Assembly: GCA_951406725.2 (NCBI GenBank)
Contig: OX597823.1
Location: 3,348,001 to 3,412,000, forward strand
Direction of reading: 5' to 3'
Origin: Octopus vulgaris
Lineage: Eukaryota
Length of the DNA stretch: 64,000 nt
Below the pieces are notes generated by a model that searched no databases, had not been told where the DNA came from, and saw only the letters and a program-made list of their open reading frames with translations. Position 1 is the stretch's first letter. The number at the start of each line of letters is the position of its first letter. The translations under genes and the position numbers were made by a program. Of this stretch, positions 39,972 through 52,000 are shown in pieces.

Positions 39972-40389
39972 CAGTGGCATGGCTAGGGTAAACTGCACCC
40001 AGGGCAAGCTACAAAAATGCGTTGCCGCTGCTTCCTCCCCCACCCCACCCCGCCATTTCAAAATCCACGATGTTATATAGTAATTATTTTAGGAATAAAT
40101 ACTTACCAGGGTTCCTTTACCTGCCAGTTCGGCACAGCCTGGAATTCAGTATATATTTTGTGGATGTTAACTTTTACAAAACCTCTTTATTTTAACCGTT
40201 TAATGCACCAGCTTCCTCGATAGAAACGTTTAAAAAGCCTAATCTGTGAAATGAGGTGTAATTATAAAAAAAAACATACAATTGTTTAAAGTCTCCCCTC
40301 TTCTTTCTTGCTTTTGATGAGGTGCCCACCCGCCCGCCTTCAATAGGGCCTGGCGCACATGCCTCCTTTGCCCCCTAGTTATGCTACTG
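39972..40389. mobile_element. hAT-type MITE
   Basis: Imperfect TIRs CAGTGGCATGGCTAG / CTAGTTATGCTACTG. The 8-bp flanks acacacac / acacacat match at 7 of 8 but are low complexity. Confidence 0.65.
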
Positions 40390-42249
40390 ACACACATATA
40401 TACCAGGCTTACAAAAAACTTTGTTGTCAATTTGTTTGAGTGAACCCTGGGCCATGGCTGCCCCTGTAGTGTTGGTGCCATTAGAAAAGCAATCAGTTGA
40501 TTCATTCGAGTGGTTGGGGTTAGGGAAAGCAGTGGCCTGCAGAAACAAGGCCAAAAATGAATCTCATGAGCAGAATACAGTCCCGTGGCCCTTCTAGATG
40601 AGTAGTGGCCCCGAATATGCAGGGATTCTGGCTGGTGACCCATCCAACCTATGCCATCATGGAAAAACACACATAATCAGGGACCATATATGGATATATA
40701 TATATCTTTTGCTTGTTTCAGCCTTTGGAATGTGGCCATGCTGGGGCAACCCCTTCGAGTGTTCAGTCAAACAAATCGACCACAATGCACAATGCTTTAT
40801 TTCTAGGTCTAGTACTCATTCTATTAGTCTCTTTTTGCCTAACCTGTAAGTTACAAGGACATAAACAAACCAACACCAGTTGTCAAGCAGTGTTGGAGGA
40901 CAAACTCAAAGACACACACACACACACACACAATAGGCTTCTTTCAGTTTCCATCTACCAAATCTGTTTACTAGGTTTGGTCAGCCTGGGGCTATAGTAG
41001 AAGACACTTGCCCAAAGTTCCATGCATTGAGACTGAACCCAAAACCAAGTGGTTGGGAAACAAGCTTCTTACCACACGCCCACGTCTGTGCCTAGAAAGA
41101 GCAGCCAACAACTGATGAAGGGTCGTTCTTTATGTTGTTTTTTTTTGTTTTCCATTTGTGTCTTTCATTGTTCAAAAGAATAGTTCATGTTCCATGTACT
41201 CATGCATCGTACTTTTTGTTGTACACGTTTCGTGACATCCTGTGCCCACATACGAATATACATACATATATATATATATGTGTGTGTGTGTGTGTACGTA
41301 TGTAACCTACACCAGTGTCACATAACCAGCCCACTGAAAAGTACCTTGGATCGTAGGGTGACGTGCTGTGCTTGAGGAGACTTATTGAGTCATATATATC
41401 AACATCAACAGCAATATCAAAATCAAATCAAATGGAAATTGTAGTTGTGAGCCCCGTGCTGGTAGCACATAAAAAGCACCATCCGAACGTGGCCGATGCC
41501 AGTGCCTCTTTGACTGGCTTCTGTGCCATTGGTACGTAAAAAGTACCATCTGATTGTGGTCGATGCCAGCTCATCTGGCCCCTGTGCCGGTAGCACGTAA
41601 AAAGTCCTCACTACACTCTCGGAGTGGTTGGTGTTAGGAAGGGCATCCAGCTGTAGAAACACTGCCAGATCAGATTGGGGCCTAGTGCAGCCTCCTGGCT
41701 TCCCAGATCCCAGTCGAACCGTCCAACCCATGCCAGCATAGAAAACGGACGTTAAACGGTGATGATGATGATGTATGCATGTATGTTTGCTTGCTTTTTT
41801 AGTGAGTAACTGTTTATTAACTTTTACACGAGAAACATTGGCTTTTAAACATTAACACACACACACACACACACACACCCCTGGAAAAACCCAATCTAAA
41901 AATTCTGCTGTTATCACTATCATCTTTTTCACATCCGGTTTTTCTCTTGCTTCTGTGATTTTGATGTGTGTATTGTGTATGTCTGTGTGTCCTGCTCAGG
42001 AAGGAATGATGCTACTTGGTAAGAATCTCTCTCTCACACACACACAAACACACACACACACACACACATACAAATTTATCTCATTAGTGATATTATAAAA
42101 TAGATGTCCTGCTTTTGTGATGTGTGACAAATTTGTTAAATTAGAGTTGTAATACATATCACTAATGAGCTATTAATGAAACAGAACTCCCTTCCTGCCT
42201 CATCATCCTTTTCCCAACTTCTAAATTAATAAATCTAAAATAACCGCCT

Positions 42250-44805
42250 CGACTGGCACGTAAAAAGCACCAACCGATCATGACCGTTGCCAGCTTCGCC
42301 TGGCACATAAAAAACACCCACTATACTCTCGGAGTGGTTGGCGTTAGGAAGGGCATCCAGCTGTAGAAACACTGCCAGATCAGACTGGAGTCTGGTGCAG
42401 CTTCCTGGCTTCTCAGACCCCAGTCGAACCGTCCAACCCATGCTAGCATGGAAAGCAGACGTTAAACGATGATGATGATGATGATGTAACCATTTTGACT
42501 TTGAGTACATGTCTATTAGTATTTCGATTAAAGCACATTTACCCTTTACGCTACCTGTAACGACAGGTAACGACATAATTTCCACTGGATCCTCGTCAGG
42601 GAATCTGCAGTGTTTGTTGAGTTTATAACTGATGAAGGAAGCGGCAGGTGGATTTAGTACAAATCTTCATTCATCATGACAGTCGTTTTGGCCCATCCTG
42701 CATCTGTCCCTCAGGGGTGGGGTATTGTGCATCTTGTTGCGCTTGCATCAATCAGTGCAGGCTGTGTCACTTCAGGTGCTCGGTGCACCCACATACAACG
42801 AGCAACAACAACATGCCAAAGAGAACTCAGCATATCCGTTGGGGTATGTTTTTTTTTCTTTACACCAAGCACCTGAAGAGACACAGCCTGCACTGATTGA
42901 TGCAACACATCAAGATGCATAATATCCTACCCCTATGGGACAGATGCATCGTGCTGATTAAAGGTTCACACTAAATCCACCTTCTGTTGCCTTCATCACC
43001 ATCGTTTAACGTCCACTTTCCATGCTAGCATGGGTTGGGCAATTTGACTGAGGGCTGGCAAACCAGATGGCTGCACCAGGCTCCAATCTTGATCTGGCAG
43101 AGTTTCTACAGCTTGATGCCCTTCCTCATGCCAACCACTCCAACAGTGTAGTGGATGCTTTTACGTGCCACCAGCACAAGGGCCAGTCAGGCAGCACTGG
43201 CAACAGCCATGCTCAAATGGTGTTTTTTATGTGCCACCTGCACAGGAGCCAGTCCAGCGGCACTGGCAATGACCTCGCTCGAATGTTTCTTCACGTGCTG
43301 CTAGCACAGGTGCGGTAAGGCGACACTGGTAATGATCACGCTCGAATGGTGCATTTTACATGCCACCAGCTCGGAAGTCAGTCAGCTGCTCTGGCAACGA
43401 TCACGCTCGGATTGTGCTCTTAATGTATAAAGATAGATAGATGTACAGTGAGCTTTCAGTTTCCATCTACCAAATCCACTCACAAGGCTTTGGTTAGTGC
43501 AGGGCTAGAGTAGAAGACACTTACCCAAGGTACCATGCAGTGGAACTGAACCTGGAACCATGTGCTTGGGAAGCAAAACTTCTTACCGCACAGCCATGCC
43601 TGCACTTAGGTACTGACCTTCAAGTGAGCTTCAGTTTTTTTTTTTTTTTTTCTCCCATCTTTAAGGGCCTACAAACACCATGAAGACTGCTCCTTTTCCC
43701 TGGCTAACTTATAGCACACATTTATAACAGGCTGTTCCAGTTGGCACAAGGCCATCAATTTCAGGAGAGGTGGGTAAATTGATTACATCAACCCCGACCC
43801 TTAAAGTTGATTTTGGTGGAATTTACACTCAGTAAGACAGATGAAATGTAGCAAAGCATTCTTCCTGGCATGCTGATGGTTCTGCCAGCTGGAAAAGCAC
43901 CATTCGAGCATGATCATTGCCAGCCTCGTCTTACCAGCACATATGCCGGTGGCACGTGAAAAACAACATTTGAGCATGGTCATTGCCAGTGCCGCCGGAC
44001 TGGGTCCTGTGCAGGTGGCATGTAAAAAACACTTTTTAAGCGTGGTCGTTGCCAGAACTGCCTGACTGGCCCTTGTGCTGGTTTCACGTAAAAGCACCCA
44101 CTACACTCTCGGATTGGTTGGCGTTAGGAAGGGCATCCAGCTGTAGAAACTTTGCAGATCAGATTGAGCCTGGTGCAGCCTCTGGCTCATCAAACCTCAG
44201 TCAAACCATCCAACCCATGCCAGCATGGAAAGCAGACGTTAAACGGCAGCGATGATGATGACAGGACTGTTTATATATATTGAACACTCCAAAATTTCCG
44301 GCTTTGCACTTATAGGGGAAAGGCTATAAATGACAACATGGCCGTGGTTTTCACAATGAAACCTTTAGCAGTTGATGCTTTGAAAGCAGTCTACTGATTC
44401 ACATTGACAACATACGTTTTTGTGTGTTTTCAATCAATCAAGGAATATAGAATTAGTTTAATTTAGAAAGAGAGGAGTTGGAATCAGCGATGCCTTAAAT
44501 CGGTACGTCAAAATTGAAGGTTTTCTATAGCTACTCTACAATTTTGATAATGCATCAGAGAGCATCCAGGAAACAGATTTGTAGCAAACTCTAGAGAACC
44601 TCCTCTCTTTCATCATCATCATCATCATCATCATTTAGCGTCCGTTTTCCATGCTAGCATGGGTTGGACGGTTCTACTGGGGTCTGTGAAGCCAGAAGGC
44701 TTCATCAGGCCCAGTCAAATCTGGCAGTGTTTCTACGGCTGGATGCCCTTCCTAACGCCAACCACTCCGTGAGTGTAGTGGGTGCTTTTTACGTGCCACC
44801 CGCAC
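42250..44805. mobile_element. Cluster of RTE 3'-end copies in alternating orientation: ~42250-42486 (+), ~42995-43425 (-), ~43890-44260 (+), ~44610-44805 (-)
   Basis: Shared core gagtggttggcgttaggaagggcatccagctgtagaaac...ggacgttaaac(gat)n. Further copies lie near 2780-3005, 7850-8155, 10945-11226, 11850-12050, 41325-41773, 50147-50382, 52150-52492, 59544-59897, 61474-61575 and 62880-63150. Confidence 0.88.
42630..42998. mobile_element. Foldback element with nested inverted repeats
   Basis: Outer inverted repeat 42630-42658 / 42970-42998; inner ~87-bp inverted repeat 42699-42785 / 42863-42948. Confidence 0.8.
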
Positions 44806-45321
44806 GTATTATATATATATATATATACACACATACATACGAATGTAGCAGGTAACAGCTAACCTTTGGGTGCTGTTTTGGACCCCATCTACAACTCTGA
44901 TTGGTTGGTATTGGCACAATTTGTTTCTTACTCTATCATGCACCAATATACAACCCAACCAATCACAGCCTCCAAATAAATCACGTGAGACAGTCTGTTC
45001 TAAACGCCAATTTTGAGTCTACCGTTAGCTATAAAAACTCACCTCCTTCTAATCTCAGAGTCTGTTACTTCCAGACCTTCTAAGGTCAAACCACTGACCA
45101 CATTACAGCGACCTCCATCTTCAATGCCACCGTCTCTCACCGATGTCGTCAACATCATCTACACAGCACTGACGTCGCTGCACTGGTTTTAACATATCGC
45201 AATTCATGAGCTTCTCACCACGGTTAACAGCAAAAATACAACCCATGCAGATACATGTAGATATATGAATAAATGTCCATCAACCTCTTCCAATAAATCA
45301 TTCAGCTTGTGTGTATATATA

Positions 45322-45357
<36 letters not shown>

Positions 45358-45641
45358 TGTGTGTGTGTGTAGCCGGCATTAAAGACATTTAAAGTTACCA
45401 CCTTGTTCCATGTGTTTCTTGATACCGTGTTCCTGTCAAATGATATTACAGCCTTCTGAGTGGAGTCACATTAGATGGAATACAGCCTATCCTTCTAAAG
45501 ATTTTTATACCAAAAGTAAAAAAAAATAAGGTCTTACTAAAGAATAAATTTAGAGAAATATAAAACCCTGAAATTTAATCCTGTATAATAAAACCCCTGC
45601 TTGTTGTTATTTTCGTATTTAATTTGCCTTTTCTTTGACAG

Positions 45642-45728
45642 ATAGGAATTATCTGTGGTAGTGGTTTACAAGAGTTGGATTTTTTAAAGGATAAGTATGA
45701 AAAAGATGTGACTACACCTTTTGGGAAG
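45642..45728 (+). CDS. MTAP: MTAP coding exon 2 (IGIICGSGLQELDFLKDKYEKDVTTPFGK)
   Basis: Acceptor ttctttgacag and donor AAG|gtaagt. 87 nt; aligns to human [29 protein letters not shown]. Confidence 0.95.
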
Positions 45729-46201
45729 GTAAGTTATTCAAACTTTCATTTGTAACTTCATGGAGTTATTCGAATTTATATGAATAGCTTCCATTAGTTT
45801 TATTTTTAAGATGGTTTCCTCTGTTGTCTGGGTTTTTTTGTTTGTTTTTTTTTTCTTTTATTAAGATGTATTCTACAAGAGTGTTCTAATTCATTTCGAA
45901 ATTACTTCTATTTCATAATTTATGGTATTTAAAAGGGGGTCAATTACATTTATTATATCTGTTTCAATATTCATGGTATGCCATATATATATATAATTGT
46001 AAATGAGTGTCACTGTCATACAAGTGGTGTCAATCATTTCCAGTATTCAGTGAGAACATGTCTGGCCCTAAATAAATATAACTTGGCTTGGAAACAAGTG
46101 AAGGGTTGGTGACAGGAAGGGCACCTGGCCTTGGATAGTCTCCCTCGATACATCCAGTCAACCCATGCAAGCATGGAGAATTGCACATTAAAGCGATGAT
46201 G

Positions 46202-46660
46202 ATTATTTACATTTGATGGATATTGGTCTTCATCTTGTTTGCTGTTAACACAACGTTTCAGCTGGTATACCCTCCAGCCTTCATCAGGTGTCTTGGGGAA
46301 ATTTCGAACCTGGGTTCTCATTCCTAAGGTATTTTTTGATATTATTATTATTATTCAGGTCACTGCCTGGAATCAAACTCTTAACCATTATGCCATATGC
46401 CCACAGGCATATGGCTTAATGGTTAAGAGCACGGGCTACTAACCCTGAGATTCCGAGTTCAATTACAGGCAGTGGCCTGAATAATAATAATATCGAAAAT
46501 TACCTTAGGAATGAGAACCCAGATTCGAAATTTCCCCCAAGACACCTGATGAAGGCTGGAGGGTATATCAGCCAAAACATTGTGTTAACAGTAAACAAGA
46601 TGACAAATATCCGTTGAATGTAAATAATGTACATAATTCCTCATCTCATATAGAACAGTA
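46202..46660. mobile_element. Palindromic (head-to-head) tRNA-headed element carrying a hammerhead motif in each arm
   Basis: The arms are reverse complements about an axis at ~46403 (gccatatgcc-caca-ggcatatggc). Each arm is a tRNA-like head, (aat)n, then gacacCTGATGAaggctg...cagc(c/t)(G/A)AAAC. Confidence 0.85.
46247..46292 (-). ncRNA. Minimal type-I hammerhead ribozyme motif (intact core)
   Basis: Minus strand GACAC-CUGAUGA-A-GGCUGG(AGGGUAUA)CCAGCU-GAAA-CG-U-U-GUGUU: stem I GACAC/GUGUU, stem II GGCUGG/CCAGCU, palindromic stem III ACGU and cleavage triplet GUU. Confidence 0.75.
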
Positions 46661-47140
46661 TTAACGATGATGATGATTAAGATATTTATCCTTTACTAGT
46701 TTTAGCCATTAGACTGTGGACAAACTCAGGTACCATTCTGAAGAGTTTAATCAAATTAACTCCAACACTTATTCTTTTTAAGTCTGATATTTATTTTAAC
46801 AGTCACTTTTTGCCAAACCACTAAGTTACAAGGATACAAACAAACCACACTGGTTGTCAAGCTGACACAAACATACACGTACACACACCCACACAGATTT
46901 GCTATTTTACTTCCTGAGTTATACCGAATGTGTATGAACAGATACATTCCTCATCAGTATTTGATATTCACTTTCCCTGGCTGGTAGTGGAGGTGCATGG
47001 CTCAGTGGTTAGGGTGTCGTGTTCTTGAGCAAGACACTTCATTTCACATTGTTCCAGACCACTCTCCTGGTAAAAATGAGTAATCCACTGATGGACTGGC
47101 AGCATCTTGTCCAGGGAGGTATATATATATATATATATAT

Positions 47141-47355
47141 ATGAGAGAGCGACCACTATGTTGTCTACTCTAGTGCTAAATTATTTACATCAATAATGAA
47201 ACAATTGTTCAGGGTTAATCTATTTTTTCGTTATTTTTCACTTGCCCCACGTTAAATGTTATGTTATTTCTCCTTGGAAACAATTTTTTAGTGGCTATAC
47301 CATAGTGGATCTATTTTTAGCACTAGAGTAGACTACATAGTGGTCGCTCTCTCAT
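47141..47355. mobile_element. Inverted-repeat element (40-bp IR, 1 mismatch) next to (TA)n
   Basis: atgagagagcgaccactatgttgtctactctagtgctaaa (47141-47180) versus tttagcactagagtagactacatagtggtcgctctctcat (47316-47355). Confidence 0.8.
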
Positions 47356-48954
47356 ATTTATGTATAAATTTGTATTGTATCCCTGGTTTTTATGTGCTAA
47401 GCCACTTGGTGTTAAATTGATGGTATTATTAAATTAATATGAAATTTTTCACCCTCATTTATGAATATATATATATATATATATATACATACACACATAT
47501 ATACATGTATGAAGGCGCATGGCTCACTGGTTAGGGCATTAAGCTTAATATTGTGAGGTTGTGAGTTTGAATCCTGGACCGGGCTGCGTGTTGTGTTCTT
47601 GAGCAAGACACTTTATTTCACGTCACTCCAGTTCACTCAGCTGTAGAAATGAGTTGCGACATCACAGGTGCCAAGCTGTATTGGCCCTTGCCTTTCCCTT
47701 GGATAACACCGGTGGCATGGAGAGGGGAGGTCGCTATGCATGGGCGACTGCTGGTCTTCCATAAACAACCTTGCCTGGACTTGTGCCTGGGAGGGTAACT
47801 TTCTAGGTGCAATCCCATGGTCAGTCATGACCGAAGGGGGTCTCAGCATACATGTATGGATACCAGGGAAATCAGGAAACCAGCCACATGCTCTTTACGG
47901 AATAATGTGGACTGACCTTCTTAGGCTGGAACTGCTTAGGTGGGTTGTTGCTACCAGGATCTGTTCTTATTTGAAATTACTGCCCTCCTACATTTTGTGC
48001 ATGTCTGTTGTTTGAGTAACTTAGCTCTCCAGGTGTGAGCTACTTATGTTTTACTTATTCACACACACACACACAAACTGCAACAAGCTTGATGCAAATA
48101 ATATAACAGTTCAAAGCACACTTAATTTCAATGACAAAGGAAGCCGCCCGTCCTGTTACAATACAAAAGAAAGACCACCTTGAGAAGTGGTACTCAAAAC
48201 AGGAACATCTGCTGTTGTTTGCTGAGAGGTGGCGGATATGCCGTACTGCTGCAGAACACTGAAACTAAAACCTTCTTTCCAAACTGGTTATCATCATCAT
48301 CATACGTCTGCTTCCCATGCTGGCATTGGGTGGGCAGTTTGGCAAGGCACAGGCAAACCAGAGAGCCGCACCAGGCTCCAATTGTTTGTTTTGAGATGGT
48401 TTCTATGGCTGGGTGCCCTTCCTCATGGTTACATGAATCTTCAGATGTGTTTGTAAAAGGAATTGGGGTGTTCATGCTTTTGCAGAATAAACAAGCTTAT
48501 CATCGTCTTTATGATCAGTGTTTAATGTTTGTCTTCCATGCTGGCATGGTTGGATTGTTTGACAGGATCCAACAAGCCAGAAGACTGCATTGAACTCCAC
48601 TTGTCTGTGTTGGAGTGTGGTTTCTACAGCTGAATGCCCTAACCCTAATGCCAACCACTTAACACTGTGCTGGGTGCTTTTTAATGTCCATCTTCTATGC
48701 TGGCATCGGTTGATCATACACGACAGTCCTCTTTCGGTTTCTGTCTACCAAAATCCACTCACAGACTTTTGGTCTGCTCGAGTCTTTAGCAAAAGATATT
48801 TGGCCGGGGTTCCACACAGTGGGACTGAACCTGAAACCACATGCTTAGAAAGCAAACTTCTTAACCACGCAATCTTACCTGTACTTAAAAACATATTCAG
48901 TTCCACCCAGGTGTGCATCCTGTCACAGTAGACTTACTCCTTGTATTTTTGCAG

Positions 48955-49013
48955 CCATCCCAAACACTGACGTGTGGAACTGTTGAAGATGTCCAGTGTG
49001 TTATTTTGTCCAG
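48955..49013 (+). CDS. MTAP: MTAP coding exon 3 (PSQTLTCGTVEDVQCVILSR)
   Basis: Acceptor tttttgcag and donor AG|gtaagc. 59 nt, phase 2; aligns to human [20 protein letters not shown]. Confidence 0.93.
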
Positions 49014-52000
49014 GTAAGCCTTTATTTGTTGACCATCTGCTCTGCTTTGCACAACTGGGTCCTTTGACCAATTTTATTCCCCCTCGCGACACACTCCCAA
49101 CCCCACCACTACTACCTCTCTAACTGCAGCTCTTCCTTGTTACCACTTACGACCTAGAACCTTTCATCCATCCTTCAGCCATTAATACTCTTCTCTCTAC
49201 CCAAACTCTATATTGATCACCTCAACTCATCCACCAAATTATCTCTCCTTTGCCACCCTCTCTCTCTCTCTTCCCTCCCCTTCCTGCCTCTCCCCACCAC
49301 TTCCTGCAACCTACCCAATCACATGTTGTCTCTCCCCTTCATCCTTCTCCTGTCTACTGTATCAACATAACCATTCTGTTGCTCTCTCTTTGCCCTTTTC
49401 TTTTTCCTGCACTGTCACTCATCTCCTACTCTCCACCAACTCATGCATCATTGGTTACCCCACCCCTTATCCACCCGTCAACCCTACCCACTCTCTATCC
49501 CTTCCCCACTCCACCTGATCGCCCCCCCCTCCTCTCTTCGAAAATGTAACTCCTCCACTTTTTGCTTTTACTTGTTTTAGCTGTTAGACTATGGCCATGC
49601 TGGAGCACCACCTTGAAGGGTTTTAGTCAAACAAATCGACCCTAGAACTTATTTTAAAATCTGATCTCTTTTGCCGAACCACTCATTTACCGGGATGTGA
49701 ACAAACCAATGCTGGTTGTCAAGGGGTGGGTGGGTGTGACTAACACACACGCATAGATGGTGGGCTTCCACACAGCTTCCATCAACCAAATTAACTCACA
49801 AGGCTTTGACTCACCCAGGACTACGGTAGAAGTCACTTTTCCCAAGGTGTGCTGCAAAGCGGGACTGAACCCAAAACTACATGGTTGCAAAGTTGTCTTC
49901 TTCAGCACCCATCCATTCCTGCAAAACTAATAAGAATTCATATGACGAAGGAGATCTGGTTGTAAAACGGTGATGGCTCGAATGATAACTGAGGCACAGG
50001 TGTGGCTGTTTACGTGCCAACCACAAGGCATTGGTCACCCCAAGAGTATGAACCCAGAACCGTGTGGTTGGGAAGCAAACTGCTTACCACACAACCATGA
50101 TTGCACCTCGTATATGTGTAATAGTTGACCCTCTAACATTTAAACTGGCCGATGTCAGTGCCACCTGATTGGCACTTGTGCCAGTGCTGCCTGACTGGCT
50201 CCCCATGCTGGTGACATGTAAAAAGCACCCACTACATTCTAGGAGTGGTTGGCGTTAGGAAGGGCATCCAGCTGTAGAAACCAGATCAGATTGGAGCCTG
50301 GTGCAGCTACCTGGCTTGCCAGTCCCCTACTTGAACCGTCCAACCCATGCCCGCATGGAAAACGGACATTAAACAATGATGAAATTGTGTATAGTGCCCA
50401 GGTGCACCACAACTCATCAAAAAATTATGTACAAAAGTCAGGAAAGTGACCAGTGTAGGAGTCATGATATACATGTGTGCATGTGTATGGATGGGAGTGG
50501 GGCTATCTGGTGAATTTCAGGAAGCATGTTCAAGCTTACCCCTACCCTACACTGTCATTCTAAATTTATGCAATCACACCATTGAAATCTCAAAGCTACA
50601 AGACAATGCCTGATTAATTCAAAACGGTGTGACTGAATAAGTGTTACAATTGACAAGATAATCCGAATGTTAAAACGGTTTAATTTCATATTCTGCACTT
50701 TATTGGTGTTTTACTATCTGTGATCCCTCAGTCTCTGTGGGAAAATTGTCTTACAGGAATTGTCTTGATCTGGGGTTGCTTGCTGCCCATAGAGGTTCCA
50801 ATAAATGCTGTTGCTTAACCCCAGGCCAGATATATGATCAAAGGCATTCCAGCCATGACCATTTTGACTTGAATATTTAGGAGTGCATTATTGAAAGTTT
50901 TCTTTTAAGACAGTAGGATTTGATTTGCAGGAGATTTGGCTGCTATTTCTGGCTGATTGAGCGACCAGCTTCTTTGGTTCAAAGTTCTTGCTTAGCCCCA
51001 GGTCAGTCTTTATTGACCAAGCTTATAATCAAAGACAATCCAACTGTGACTAACCCTCTTTTTTGCTATATGCTAGGAATCCAAGTCCACATTGTCTAAC
51101 ATATTCTTTTCTAAGATGATAGTGTATTATGAGAGAGAGAGATTTGGGTGGCTGCTATTTCTAGGATGTCGGGTGACCATGTAGGGCAGTAGCTATGCCC
51201 CTCGGGGCTCCATATAAGATTTTCTTATTAAAATTTGTCTGCAATAATTTACTTATACTTCTGCAATGCACAACATATTTTGACAATTTTTTATTATAAT
51301 TTCCTAATAATATTTGATTATGAAAACAAAATGGGATTTTTAAACATCAAATGTCTGTGAGGGTCCATCATGGTAAAATAGAAATGAACAGGGTCGAAAG
51401 GGGGGTAAAAAAAGGGTTGAGAATCACAGAGTCCCACATCATGAGGTGTGGGATGGCAGTGATTGTGATAAAATGTCCATTGAAAGTCCATAGCCCCTAC
51501 TTCCTGAGATGACATATATTATGGCTTCAACCAGAACATTTTGGAACTGCTGCTGCTTGAGATGGCCAGTGAAGCCTCTAAACTGGGTCGAGATAATTTG
51601 GTGGAATGGCAGTGAAGCTGTCATTATTGTCTGCCAGCCGATGCTAGCAGCCAATCCCATTAAAACTGGCACGTGACACATGTAGAAGACTTGCTTTGAG
51701 TCATTTACTAACCTTGTGACTAAATTCTGTTTTCCTTCCTCATCATTTTACATCCGTTTTCCCCACGTCGACAGAGATTAGATGCTCCCCTTCCTCCCTC
51801 GTATCTCATCGCAGTTTGCATCTTTTGATGCAAACTGCAACAAAGAAACTCAGCCGGTTTTTTTTGTTTTTTTTTTTGTGAAAGCCTTACAGCATGTGAT
51901 GTGCTGTGTCCAGTTTCTCATGCCACCAGTGCTAGAAGGGATTGTCCACTGCTGCAGGAGCAGACTGAAGAATCTCTTCCTCTCTCTCTTCTCCCAATTC

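Noticed and set aside
41112-41135. CTGATGAAGGG motif
   Set aside because: No closing stem II or GAAA at a plausible distance.
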